Source of the DNA: Parcubacteria group bacterium GW2011_GWA2_43_11
GTDB taxonomy: Bacteria; Patescibacteriota; Minisyncoccia; Phycocordibacterales; UBA12088
Direction of reading: 5' to 3'
Length of the DNA stretch: 64,000 bases
NCBI GenBank assembly: GCA_000998805.1
Contig: LCFC01000004.1
Location: 2,446 to 66,445 of the forward strand
How positions within the stretch are numbered: the stretch's first letter is position 1; the number at the start of each line of letters is the position of its first letter. Below the pieces are notes generated by a model. That model ran no database searches. It saw only the letters and a list, made by a program, of their open reading frames with translations, and was not told where the DNA came from. The position numbers and the translations under genes are program-made. Shown here one piece after another: positions 37,898 through 47,247 of this stretch.

Positions 37898-38284
37898 CTA
37901 GTATTCTATTGTTTGAGCTGTTTTTATGGCTTCAGTAAGGTCTGGAATGAGTCTATCTTCAGGTATACCTACTGGTATACCGATGATGTAAGTTGAATCT
38001 ATCTTGTCGAGTTTCTTGAGGAACTGCAGGTTGGTGTAGGCGTCGAAATCATGGCAGGTGACACGAGGAGTTTTGCTAAAGGCCTCGAGATTTTCAAATA
38101 CGGTAACCTTTTCTATTCCAATCACGGTGTCGATGATGATCATATCCTTTTCCACTCCCCATTCTTCGTTTGGGTCGAGTACGATAAAGGTGACTTCAGG
38201 AAACAATTCTCTCAGCTTCGGCAGAAGTCGTATGGGAAGTGAGTCCATTTCTATGTCAGGGTTACCAAAAATGTATACATGCAT
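37898..38284 (-). CDS. Hydrogenase maturation endopeptidase-like protein (HycI/HybD fold candidate)
   Basis: MHVYIFGNPDIEMDSLP…IIIDTVIG…CHDFDAY has acidic and His residues spaced like HybD E16/D62/H93. Confidence 0.5.
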   Translation of the reverse strand: MHVYIFGNPDIEMDSLPIRLLPKLRELFPEVTFIVLDPNEEWGVEKDMIIIDTVIGIEKVTVFENLEAFSKTPRVTCHDFDAYTNLQFLKKLDKIDSTYIIGIPVGIPEDRLIPDLTEAIKTAQTIEY

Positions 38285-38353
38285 AAATGCTAGTGTACAG
38301 ATAAAGCGCCGAGAGCAAAAGCAATCGGCGCTCTATAAAGAAAGGAAGAGCGG

Positions 38354-38896
38354 CTATAGCGGAAAATCCAGCGGGACAAGCTCGGCGATTTCGAAGTTGT
38401 GCACGAAAACTTTTATCCCAACCTCGACAGGGTATCCAAGGTGGTTGAAAATAACCACGGAAGGATTTTGTGGAAAGCGTGAACCAATCACCTTACCTCG
38501 ATGAAGAACATTTTTACCTTCTAGTTCCAGATCGGTCACTTCTACGAGAAAAACAGGTGTTTCTCCTTCTTGCACGTGTTGGTGTTCACTTTCCCAGTAG
38601 TAGTACATCTCTTCGATGGTGGGTTCCCGGCCATAGCGCGTTTCAAGGATTAAAAATGGTCGCGGAATAAATTTTCTGATGAATTCGTCACTTGGAAAAC
38701 GACCATACTCGATGATTGTTTTGAGTATGGGGTTATTCTCAAGCGGAAAATTCCTTTTCATGTTGTGCACGCAGGTAAAACCGTACAGTGCACATACTTG
38801 AGAGGGAGTTTCAGGAATGGGGACAGTGTGAATGAGTGTTGCTGGTTGGAAAACAGGGTCGGTATTGCATCGGGTGTCTGCTGAGTGAAGTATCAT
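38354..38896 (-). CDS. Hypothetical protein (180 aa), part of a four-gene minus-strand operon
   Basis: A 69-nt gap separates it from the upstream gene; no recognised motif. Confidence 0.5.
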   Translation of the reverse strand: MILHSADTRCNTDPVFQPATLIHTVPIPETPSQVCALYGFTCVHNMKRNFPLENNPILKTIIEYGRFPSDEFIRKFIPRPFLILETRYGREPTIEEMYYYWESEHQHVQEGETPVFLVEVTDLELEGKNVLHRGKVIGSRFPQNPSVVIFNHLGYPVEVGIKVFVHNFEIAELVPLDFPL

Positions 38897-38964
38897 AATT
38901 CCTCCTTTGACGTTTTTCTTTTCCTACAGGTATTTTCTTTTGTTATTATGTGGATATGTCTTGC

Positions 38965-39690
38965 TTAGTCAAGGTTTGCTATTTGTATAGCTTTCAATGT
39001 GTGGAATTTGAGCTGTTCTATTATTTTCTCAGTGAGTACCTCGCAAGGGATATCCCAATGAAGTGTAATGAATTGTCCAGGCTGTAGCATCTCGATGTCA
39101 TATTCAGCCTCAAGCCTACGCACTATCTTTTTTTCTATCGGTGCTCCAAGGAAAAACTTGTTGTTTAGAATCTGAAGTGGTTCATAAAGTAATGTGATGT
39201 TTGGACCACTCACTTCAATGACCTTGCCCCAGCTAATACGGCAGGAATCAATTGCGTTAATGGTTGCACTATCTGGAGAGCCCATTTTTTTTGGCACAGC
39301 AAGAACATGGTAGTTGTGATTGGGAAGAATACCTTTACTGATACGGTCTTCCAAAACTCGAAAAGTTTTTATAGGGAGCTTATCTTTCAGTCGCAAATCA
39401 TCAATAAAGTATTGATGTAGAGTGTTTTTATCCACACCGCTAAGGAGTTCATTGCCTATCCAGTACGCCTCGACGACGCGTGGGTCAAACGGGTCAGGTA
39501 TGTGGTTGCTCCGAGCTATGCGGTCAAGGTACGGGTACAGTGTTTCAAATCCTCGTAGAAGTTTTTGCAGACCAAAGTCGGTAAAGCCGTCGTTGAGGTA
39601 GTCCCAAATTTCTCTGTTTGCATCTGGGCCACAAAAGTGAAGCCTATTTGGCCCAAACGCATAGCGACTACAACGAAGTACTCCGTCCAT
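38965..39690 (-). CDS. Hypothetical protein (241 aa from the ATG at 39690; the ORF is open to a GTG at 39744). Its first 14 codons are duplicated at 41064–41104.
   Basis: MDGVLRCSRYAFGPNRLHFCGPD…. Confidence 0.55.
   Translation of the reverse strand: MDGVLRCSRYAFGPNRLHFCGPDANREIWDYLNDGFTDFGLQKLLRGFETLYPYLDRIARSNHIPDPFDPRVVEAYWIGNELLSGVDKNTLHQYFIDDLRLKDKLPIKTFRVLEDRISKGILPNHNYHVLAVPKKMGSPDSATINAIDSCRISWGKVIEVSGPNITLLYEPLQILNNKFFLGAPIEKKIVRRLEAEYDIEMLQPGQFITLHWDIPCEVLTEKIIEQLKFHTLKAIQIANLD
39650..39690. repeat. 41-bp direct repeat, copy 1 (GGCCCAAACGCATAGCGACTACAACGAAGTACTCCGTCCAT), which is the reverse complement of the first 41 nt of the 38965 gene
   Basis: Identical except for 1 nt to 41064–41104. 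Confidence 0.85.
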
Positions 39691-39753
39691 GATGTGAAGT
39701 ATACACAGTTTACTTAGAGAATGTGCGAACAAAATGACACACACATATTTTTA

Positions 39754-40971
39754 TTATTCAGTTGAACTTAGAATGTGTTGAATTTTTTCCCAACAATCTG
39801 AAGGTGTTGTTACTATCGAATGGATACGTTTTTTAATTATATTGTGTGCGTACTTTCTTTGTTTTGGGGTCAATGGAAGTGTCTTTCTGGTTGATGTTAG
39901 TAACATACTTTTCAATGTAGCAATTTCACCCTCACTATATTTGCCAAAATCAATTTTCTTTAGTTCCTCTTCGCTTAATATTTCTTTTAATCTTTTCCCT
40001 ATCATTAAAATATATCTAATATTTTTTATGGTATTTTCGGTTTCCTGTTGGGATCTTTCTCCTTCAAACTTAATGAGAGAATCATTAACAACTATTTCTA
40101 AAGTTGATTTTGCAGGAACATTGAAATCGCTACAGTATTTTTCAAAATCACGGGCAAGAGTATTACGTATATACGTATTAATTCGAAGTAATCTATTTTC
40201 TGTTATTTTTTTCTCACCTTTTTCGTATGAGCCATTATCAATATTTTTTATAATCTCAGAGATGTCAGCCCATGCATCTTTCCCCTGTTGATCAGACCGT
40301 AAGGCTTCTACATAATCCTTTTCTTCCAAAAGGATTTTTGTTGGATCATCTTCACACTTTTTTATTCTATCGTGAATTATGAGAACTTCTTCTTTTGAGA
40401 GCTTATCTATATTGAAACCAGGTAGTATAGAAGTGATGTATTCTATTTGTTCACGAGCATCCTCCATTCCTTCAACATCTTCTTCCAATAAACGTAGTGA
40501 TGTAAAAGATAGGTTAGAAAAAGTTTCATATCGATTTGAAATATCGGCTTCACTAAGTTTGTTTTCATAGTAGTCTCTCATTACTATTTCTTTAGGCATT
40601 TCGCCTTGTTGTTCACTCGCTTCTATAGTTGCGTCGCCTTGATCTTTTTGAAGTTCTTCGGTGTCACCGTTTTCAGCTTGAGAATCATTGGTACTAAAAA
40701 GATCTTTTTGAGCTTCAAGAGAAAGAATATTTCCTGATAAAGTGTGAATTTTATTGATATCCTTGTTTATAAACGCGTCGTCAAGTAGTTCTTTCGTGTA
40801 CGATATTCTGTCTTCAAGTAGCTCGCACACTTGTTCATTTGTTAAATCTAGTCGCAAACTATTCTCTTTTTCGCTATAGACGTACGAAGCATTTCTGCGT
40901 AGTAGTTCGGCGTCCGACAACACTCTTTCTCTTTGCATATCAACAATTTCCTGTATTTTTTCACCTTCCAT
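39754..40971 (-). CDS. Acidic, predicted alpha-helical hypothetical protein (405 aa) in an AT-rich cassette
   Basis: No TM helix and no recognised motif. Local GC is well below that of the flanks. Confidence 0.55.
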   Translation of the reverse strand: MEGEKIQEIVDMQRERVLSDAELLRRNASYVYSEKENSLRLDLTNEQVCELLEDRISYTKELLDDAFINKDINKIHTLSGNILSLEAQKDLFSTNDSQAENGDTEELQKDQGDATIEASEQQGEMPKEIVMRDYYENKLSEADISNRYETFSNLSFTSLRLLEEDVEGMEDAREQIEYITSILPGFNIDKLSKEEVLIIHDRIKKCEDDPTKILLEEKDYVEALRSDQQGKDAWADISEIIKNIDNGSYEKGEKKITENRLLRINTYIRNTLARDFEKYCSDFNVPAKSTLEIVVNDSLIKFEGERSQQETENTIKNIRYILMIGKRLKEILSEEELKKIDFGKYSEGEIATLKSMLLTSTRKTLPLTPKQRKYAHNIIKKRIHSIVTTPSDCWEKIQHILSSTE

Positions 40972-41063
40972 ATTTTTATAATTAATTTATATCCTTAAAT
41001 GAATAGTACCATGAAGAAATCAATAAAATGTACTCAAAGAGAAGTGGATATTTATATGACGTA

Positions 41064-41104
41064 GGCCCAAACGCATAGCGACTACAACGAAGTATTCCGT
41101 CCAT
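41064..41104. repeat. 41-bp direct repeat, copy 2, located 3 nt downstream of the transporter stop. It starts a 41-codon remnant ORF (MDGILRCSRYAFGPTSYKYPLL…).
   Basis: One mismatch relative to 39650–39690. Confidence 0.85.
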
Positions 41105-41107
41105 ACG

Positions 41108-42031
41108 TTATCCAGTGACGGCTATCTTTGAAGTGGTAATAGTCCCTGAATGCCTCATAAAAAAGATGATACAGGTGGTGCCAAGTATCATGAGAAAACC
41201 AGAGAGCGCTTGAGTTTCAGTAAGTGTACCTGTTATGAAAACAGCGGTAAGAATATTAGTAACGAGTGTAGCGGGTACGAGAAGTGTAGCAACGTATGCC
41301 ACAGGTGCGTATTTCAGTGCAGAATACCACGTGACGACATAGCCAAGTAAAAAGATACCAGTAAGTGCTGTCCATAGGGTACTTATCGAGGTCATGTCAC
41401 CTAAACCTGACAAGCGCCCGGTCACCGCAAGAAAAATACCTAAGAATATTGAACCAAATAGCATTCGTCCACTCGCAACGATATGTACAGAAAGTTCACC
41501 TAACATTTTCTTAGCAAGAAGGTGTTCAACCGCCCAGAAAAGTGTTGCACTAAAGACAAGTAGCTCCCCCGTACTTCCTGTAAACCCTCCAAAGCCACCA
41601 ATGACAAGATTCGAAGCAAAGAGTAAAGAAACCCCTAACCATTGTAATGGAGAGAGTTGTTCACGTAGAAAAAATATAGCAAGAAGCGCAACCCAAATAA
41701 ACAGTGTTTTGTGTATCATTGCTCCGTTAATGGCAGGAATCATATTTAGTCCTGTAAAGAAGAGTCCAAAAGGTATCGCTCCGCCTATAAGACCGATAAG
41801 CACCAACTGCCCCCATTGTTTTTTTGAAATAGTACCTAGCTCCTCTTTTTTTGAGTACGCGAGGACAATACCAACCAAACATAATGCAACCATTGTATTT
41901 TTTAACCCAGCAAATAGGATAGGGTCTTGCAAAGAAGTAGCTGCAAATTTGTTAATAAAAATCGACACACCAGAAATACAAGCGGCGCTCAACGCAAGAA
42001 CGGTAGGATTTTTATAGAGTGATAGTTTCAT
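41108..42031 (-). CDS. EamA/DMT-superfamily transporter (10 TM helices)
   Basis: From MKLSLYKNPTVLALSAACISG; two EamA-like halves. The ORF is open to 42127. Confidence 0.75.
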   Translation of the reverse strand: MKLSLYKNPTVLALSAACISGVSIFINKFAATSLQDPILFAGLKNTMVALCLVGIVLAYSKKEELGTISKKQWGQLVLIGLIGGAIPFGLFFTGLNMIPAINGAMIHKTLFIWVALLAIFFLREQLSPLQWLGVSLLFASNLVIGGFGGFTGSTGELLVFSATLFWAVEHLLAKKMLGELSVHIVASGRMLFGSIFLGIFLAVTGRLSGLGDMTSISTLWTALTGIFLLGYVVTWYSALKYAPVAYVATLLVPATLVTNILTAVFITGTLTETQALSGFLMILGTTCIIFFMRHSGTITTSKIAVTG

Positions 42032-42092
42032 ATTTTTTATTGAGGATATATGCTTAAAGTATACACGTTTTACATTTTTTGTACGTCGGGCT

Positions 42093-42584
42093 GTGGTATA
42101 CTGCAAGATAGTGATTGACACCAACATTGAGAATAATTTCCGACATATTAGACCCTACTTAGGTATCTTACTTGTGGGAAGTATGGCGCTTGGGTTTGGA
42201 TTTATCGTTACGAGTGCTGCTAAGCAACTCGCACAAGCCATAGAACCCATTGCTTCTGATATTGAAGGTGCACTTACACTTGTGTCGTCTGAAACTGTGC
42301 GGTATGGAGATACGGTTTCGTATAAAGCAGCAGTCAACAATCTTACCAAGGGTACGTCGAACATATACATTACTACTGTGTGTTTTCAAGGAGAAACAAT
42401 GGTATTTCAAAAGAGCGTCACTCAAGGCATCTCAGTTCGTCTGTATGATCAAATGGTGAGTGAGTATGAATGGAATGGAGAAGACGCGTCTTGTACTGCT
42501 GCGTTATTGTATCGAACTTCTGCTTCAGATATTCACCAAGTTATTTTAGTTGATTCAGTGAGTTTTGATGTATTGGCTCGTTAG
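42093..42584 (+). CDS. Hypothetical secreted or membrane protein
   Basis: N-terminal hydrophobic segment LGILLVGSMALGFGFIVTSAA. Confidence 0.45.
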   Translation: MVYCKIVIDTNIENNFRHIRPYLGILLVGSMALGFGFIVTSAAKQLAQAIEPIASDIEGALTLVSSETVRYGDTVSYKAAVNNLTKGTSNIYITTVCFQGETMVFQKSVTQGISVRLYDQMVSEYEWNGEDASCTAALLYRTSASDIHQVILVDSVSFDVLAR

Positions 42585-42649
42585 TTCTAACTGAGCGACG
42601 TTGTGGTGTTTTTGCTCTCTTTCTACACATCTATATACTAGAGAGACCT

Positions 42650-43990
42650 ATGGCATACGAAGCATTTCAAAAAGGGTTAACCAAGGAGCTCGTAGAGCAC
42701 ATATCTCACAGCAAGAATGAGCCGGTATGGATGAAAGAGAGACGTCTTGAAGCATTTGCACTCTATGAAAAGACCCCACTTCCTACATGGGGTCCAGACT
42801 TAGCAAAACTCGATTTAGAGAACATTGTCTACTATATTGATCCGGAAGTAGCCGAGGCTACTCGGTGGGACGATTTGCCGACAGAAATAGTCGACACTTT
42901 CAATAAGCTCGGGATACCGAAAGCCGAGCAAGAGTACCTCGGTGGTGTGGGCGCGCAATATGACTCACATGTGGTGTACCACAAACTTAAAGAATCTCTT
43001 CTGAAGGATGGCGTTATTTTTGAGGACATGGACTCCGCGCTCAAAAGCCATCCTGACATGGTACAAGAATATTTTATGAATACGTGCGTTCCTGCGCGGG
43101 ACCATGCGTTTACCATGCTCCACGGGGCGGTCTGGAGTGGTGGTACGTTTATATACATACCGAAGGGTGTCAAAGTGGCGGAACCCTTGCAGGCATACTT
43201 CAGAATGAACAGAAGCGCGAGTGGACAGTTTGAACATACACTTATCATTGCTGACGAGGGTTCCGAGGTGACGTACATTGAAGGGTGTAGTGCACCGAGG
43301 TATAACGCCTCATCACTTCATGCGGGATGTGTCGAGATATTTGTACGTGCACGTGCAAAGATTAAGTACATCAGTGTTGAAAATTGGTCACACAACACGT
43401 ACAACCTCAACACCAAGCGGGCACTAGTAGACGCCTATGGAGAAATGAATTGGGTGAGTGGTAACATGGGGTCTGCGGTGACAATGTTGTATCCGTGCTC
43501 TGTGTTACGAGGAGAAGGTTCAAAAAGTGACAACTTGAGCCTCGTTTTTGCCGGTAAGGGGCAAGTGCAGGACACGGGGGCAAAAGCGATACATCTCGCG
43601 CCACATACATCAAGTACGATTCGCTCAAAGTCAGTCAGTAAGGACGGGGGTATTTCGAACTATCGAGGTTTGATTAAGGTTTCTCGAGATGCTGTAGGAG
43701 CTTCTGCTTCACTCGTGTGTGACTCACTCCTTCTCGACCCTCTCTCAGAAGCGAACACCTTTCCCTCAGTGATGAACAAACAGGATGACGTTATGATAAG
43801 TCACGAGGCAACCATAGGGCGCATAGGGGAGGAGGAGCTGTTTTACTTGGAGAGTCGAGGGCTTACTCGGGATGATGCTATCCGTATGATTGTTTCTGGA
43901 TTTGTCGACCCTATTACCAAAGCGCTTCCACTTGAGTATGCTGTGGAGTTTAACAAGTTGATTGAGTTAGAGATGGAGAGTAATGGGTAA
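42650..43990 (+). CDS. sufB: Fe-S cluster assembly protein SufB
   Basis: 446 aa matching the SufB/SufD family (…YIEGCSAPRYNASSLHAGCVEIF…). Confidence 0.9.
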   Translation: MAYEAFQKGLTKELVEHISHSKNEPVWMKERRLEAFALYEKTPLPTWGPDLAKLDLENIVYYIDPEVAEATRWDDLPTEIVDTFNKLGIPKAEQEYLGGVGAQYDSHVVYHKLKESLLKDGVIFEDMDSALKSHPDMVQEYFMNTCVPARDHAFTMLHGAVWSGGTFIYIPKGVKVAEPLQAYFRMNRSASGQFEHTLIIADEGSEVTYIEGCSAPRYNASSLHAGCVEIFVRARAKIKYISVENWSHNTYNLNTKRALVDAYGEMNWVSGNMGSAVTMLYPCSVLRGEGSKSDNLSLVFAGKGQVQDTGAKAIHLAPHTSSTIRSKSVSKDGGISNYRGLIKVSRDAVGASASLVCDSLLLDPLSEANTFPSVMNKQDDVMISHEATIGRIGEEELFYLESRGLTRDDAIRMIVSGFVDPITKALPLEYAVEFNKLIELEMESNG

Positions 43991-44016
43991 AAAATTGTAA
44001 ATTTCAAATTAGCATC

Positions 44017-45228
44017 ATGGACCTCGCAAAAATTAAAAAAGACTTCCCTATACTTTCTAAGAAAGATGCGTTGATATATTTGGATAGTGCGGCAACATCC
44101 CTCACACCCGAGCCAGTACTTGAAGCTATGGACGCGTACTACCGCACGTATAGGGCAAATATACATCGAGGACTATACAAAGAAGCAGAGCGAGCAAGTA
44201 ATGAGTACGAGGAGGCACGGGTGGTGGTTGCGCGTTTTATTGGCGCACAAGCTGATGAAATAATTTTTACTGCGGGGGCAACGGGTTCTTCAAATATGCT
44301 CATGTACGCGCTTGAACATACAGACATGTTTCAAGAAGGAGATGAGGTTGTGACCACGATTATGGAGCACAGTGCGGTACTCATACCACTTCAAGCGTTT
44401 GCGAAACGGAAAAAACTCAACATCCGCTATATCGAGCTTGGTGAAAACTTTCAACTTGACTATGAGCAAGCGGAGCAAGTGATTACTTCTAAGACAAAAC
44501 TCGTAGCTCTTACGCTTGCAAGCAATGTTCTCGGTACGATAAACGATGTTACACGCGTTGCACGCCGTGCGCATGAGGTGGGTGCTCTTGTGATTGTCGA
44601 TGCGACCGCAGCAGTGGGTCACATGCCTGTCGACGTGACATTACTTGGTGCAGATTTTCTTTTTTTCTCCGGACATAAAATGTGTGGACCGACGGGTGTG
44701 GGAGTGCTGTATGGAAAAAAGAGTGAGCTTGCAAAACTGACCCCGAGCTTCTTAGGTGGTGGTATTATTGAAGACGTGACTCGTACCGATTTTGTGCTCG
44801 GTCTGAAGCCGTGGAGTTTTGAGGCGGGGACACCGAACATTGCTGGTGTCATAGGGCTTAAGACTACAGTTGAATATCTTGAAAAGATTGGTGTCGAAAA
44901 GATACAGACACATTGTCGAGAAATACTTGCATATGCTCAACAAGAGTTACAGAAAATAGAAGGCAGTACCTTATACTCGGCGGAACCAGCATATAATGTG
45001 GGAATCGTTTCTTTTACACTCGATACTGTGCACCCTCACGATATGGCTGAAATACTTGGTAAAAATGGTGTAGCGGTGCGGGCAGGACATCACTGCGCTG
45101 TTCCACTACATACGGAGCTTAATGTGCCCGCGACAACACGAGCAAGTATATATTTGTATACAACCGAAGAAGATATAGACGCACTGGTTAGTAGTATAAA
45201 AAAAGCTAAGGAAATTTTTAATATATAA
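44017..45228 (+). CDS. sufS: Cysteine desulfurase SufS (class V aminotransferase, PLP-dependent)
   Basis: …FSGHKMCGPTGVGVLYGK… and the active-site RAGHHCA motif. Confidence 0.9.
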   Translation: MDLAKIKKDFPILSKKDALIYLDSAATSLTPEPVLEAMDAYYRTYRANIHRGLYKEAERASNEYEEARVVVARFIGAQADEIIFTAGATGSSNMLMYALEHTDMFQEGDEVVTTIMEHSAVLIPLQAFAKRKKLNIRYIELGENFQLDYEQAEQVITSKTKLVALTLASNVLGTINDVTRVARRAHEVGALVIVDATAAVGHMPVDVTLLGADFLFFSGHKMCGPTGVGVLYGKKSELAKLTPSFLGGGIIEDVTRTDFVLGLKPWSFEAGTPNIAGVIGLKTTVEYLEKIGVEKIQTHCREILAYAQQELQKIEGSTLYSAEPAYNVGIVSFTLDTVHPHDMAEILGKNGVAVRAGHHCAVPLHTELNVPATTRASIYLYTTEEDIDALVSSIKKAKEIFNI

Positions 45229-45253
45229 ACTTCAAATTATAAATTATCGTTAT

Positions 45254-45385
45254 GAGTCCCGTTAGAGACGAAAAAGAGTAGAATAGTAGAAAGCAGTTTG
45301 AATAATGAAAAACACATAAAATACAAACATTAATAGATTAACCGACGCCCCGCCATGGCGGGGCTGTCTCTAACGGGATGGACTC
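45254..45385 (+). promoter_or_regulatory. Long-range inverted repeat (GAGTCCCGTTAGAGAC … GTCTCTAACGGGATGGACTC) flanking a CCCCGCCATGGCGGGG hairpin. The right arm contains the sufU start codon.
   Basis: Arms at 45254–45269 and 45366–45385; GC palindrome at 45349–45364. Confidence 0.4.
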
Positions 45386-45746
45386 TGAAATTTATAAACA
45401 GCACATACTCAACCACAATAGTAAGCCTCATAACAAAGAGGAGATGTTTGAGCCTGATGTTCGAGTGCCTGCTAAAAATGCTTCATGTGGAGATTCTTTT
45501 ATTTTGTATTTAAAACTAGACGGTACAACAATACAACAAGCAACTTTCTCGGGTGTTGGTTGTTGTATTTCGCAAGCAGCAGCATCGATGTTGACTGACA
45601 AATTGAAGGGTCTATCTGTTGAAGAAGCAAAGACTATTACCGAAGAAACAATATACTCGATGCTTGGTGTAGAGGTAACCGCAGGGAGACAAAAGTGTGC
45701 ATTACTTTTATTCCGAGGATTAGAAGAAGCTCTTAAATCTATTTAA
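45378..45746 (+). CDS. sufU: SufU/IscU-like Fe-S scaffold (zinc-dependent sulfurtransferase)
   Basis: NASCGDSF…GVGCCISQAAASM carries the conserved Cys ligands. Confidence 0.8.
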   Translation: MDSEIYKQHILNHNSKPHNKEEMFEPDVRVPAKNASCGDSFILYLKLDGTTIQQATFSGVGCCISQAAASMLTDKLKGLSVEEAKTITEETIYSMLGVEVTAGRQKCALLLFRGLEEALKSI

Positions 45747-45765
45747 AAATTTCGAATTGATAACC

Positions 45766-46557
45766 ATGCTCGAACTAAAAAATATTTGTGTAGAGATTTC
45801 CTCGGATGCAGTTTCGAAAGAAAACGAGGGGAAAAACGTCGTACGGGATACGTCCTTGTGTATAGAAAGTGGTAGTGTCTCGGTACTTATGGGACCTAAC
45901 GGCTCTGGAAAGAGTACCCTCGTCAACGCACTGCTGGGGCATCCAAGCTATCGTGTATCGTCTGGAATACTTGAACTAGATGGTGTCGATATAACCAATC
46001 TTCCTACGGAAAAGAAAGCACATCTGGGTATTTTTCTCTCCATGCAGAATGTGCCAAAAGTTGGAGGATTAACCCTTGCGACGTTTCTCCATAAGGCGTA
46101 TGTCGCTACGCATCAGACTGATATATCGGTACTTGAGTTCTATGTGAACTTACGGGACAAAGCTAAGCTATTTTCAATCAATCCTGATTTACTTGATCGT
46201 CCATTAACAGCAGGACTTTCCGGTGGTGAAAAAAAACTTTCTGAAGTGTTACAGCTTGCCGCACTGCAACCCAAATACGCCATTCTTGATGAGATAGACT
46301 CCGGGGTAGATATAGATGCGCTCCATACTGTCTTTAAAGCTATTGACGCACTCAAGAAGGAGGGCACCGGCTTCCTCATTATCAGTCACCACCCGTCACT
46401 TCTTGACCACCTTGCACCAGAACATGTGTACGTGATGAGTGGGGGGAATATGGTTCGTAAAGGGGGAAGAGAACTCGCGGAGGAAATAATCAAACATGGC
46501 TTTTGTGACGTGATTCAATGTAGTCTCTCAGACACCTGTAGTGGGAAATGTGGATAG
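45766..46557 (+). CDS. sufC: Fe-S cluster assembly ATPase SufC
   Basis: Walker A GPNGSGKST, ABC signature LSGGEKK, Walker B ILDEIDSG. The ORF is open from a TTG at 45757. Confidence 0.9.
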   Translation: MLELKNICVEISSDAVSKENEGKNVVRDTSLCIESGSVSVLMGPNGSGKSTLVNALLGHPSYRVSSGILELDGVDITNLPTEKKAHLGIFLSMQNVPKVGGLTLATFLHKAYVATHQTDISVLEFYVNLRDKAKLFSINPDLLDRPLTAGLSGGEKKLSEVLQLAALQPKYAILDEIDSGVDIDALHTVFKAIDALKKEGTGFLIISHHPSLLDHLAPEHVYVMSGGNMVRKGGRELAEEIIKHGFCDVIQCSLSDTCSGKCG

Positions 46558-46737
46558 GAGAGTTAGTGTGCGGCCTGCCCTGTACCGAGCTTACCCCGTA
46601 TTTCCTGTGTATAGTGTTTGGGTACAATACTTTCTGAAAAAAATAAAGGTTTTATTGCGTTACGTAGCAAAAAAACCTTTTAAGTTTTGTTTACGTAATA
46701 AATACATAAAAACAATAAAATACGCTATTTTTCGCAG

Positions 46738-46905
46738 GGTTGACCCGGTAGTGAAAATTGACGATGCATTTCATGCGCTACATCTAGAGGATTTAGCCTC
46801 GTCAATTTCTACTACCGGGTTGACCCTGTAGTAGAAGTTTACGATGCATTTCATGCGCTCAACCCTTGGTTTGAGCCTCGTAAACTTTCACTACAGGGTT
46901 GACTT
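46738..46905. repeat. Two tandem approximately 70-nt hairpin units (arms GGTAGTGAAAATTGACGA / TCGTCAATTTCTACTACC), each followed by GGGTTGAC
   Basis: Unit 1 at 46747–46816, unit 2 at 46826–46896; a third copy is at 50560–50628. Confidence 0.7.
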
Positions 46906-47247
46906 CGGTGTGACTTGCGGTAGTATTCCTTTACCGCATCTGCGCGTATTTTTTTCTGTGATATGCGGAGGCTCTTTGTATGTCTCCAATGCCTGAGAAA
47001 GGTATACGTAATGAGGTTTTATTAAATGTTGTTAGAGCTGGCATAAATTCGTTTCTGGGTTTGTAAAAACGAAAATAAGAAAATTTGGAGCATACCGTAG
47101 TTTTGTTTTCAAAAATTTATTTTCCTCTTGCTTTCACAGTAACGTTCGTGTCTGACTTATAACAATTCAGAGCACCCTTTCGAAGTTGAGGCCAAGTTCT
47201 CGCGCCTTCACCTTCGCAAGGAAGCTCAACACTTAACATTAAGTATT

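Noticed and set aside
46738-46905. CRISPR array
   Set aside because: There are only two units, each an internally palindromic hairpin with no unique spacers, and no cas genes in the window.
46560-47247. tRNA genes upstream of tuf (a common arrangement) and elsewhere in intergenic gaps
   Set aside because: No cloverleaf-compatible sequence with a GTTC-purine-A T-loop or CCA-adjacent acceptor stem was spotted by eye. The structured sequences here are the 70-nt hairpin repeats. A tRNAscan run is still required to be certain.
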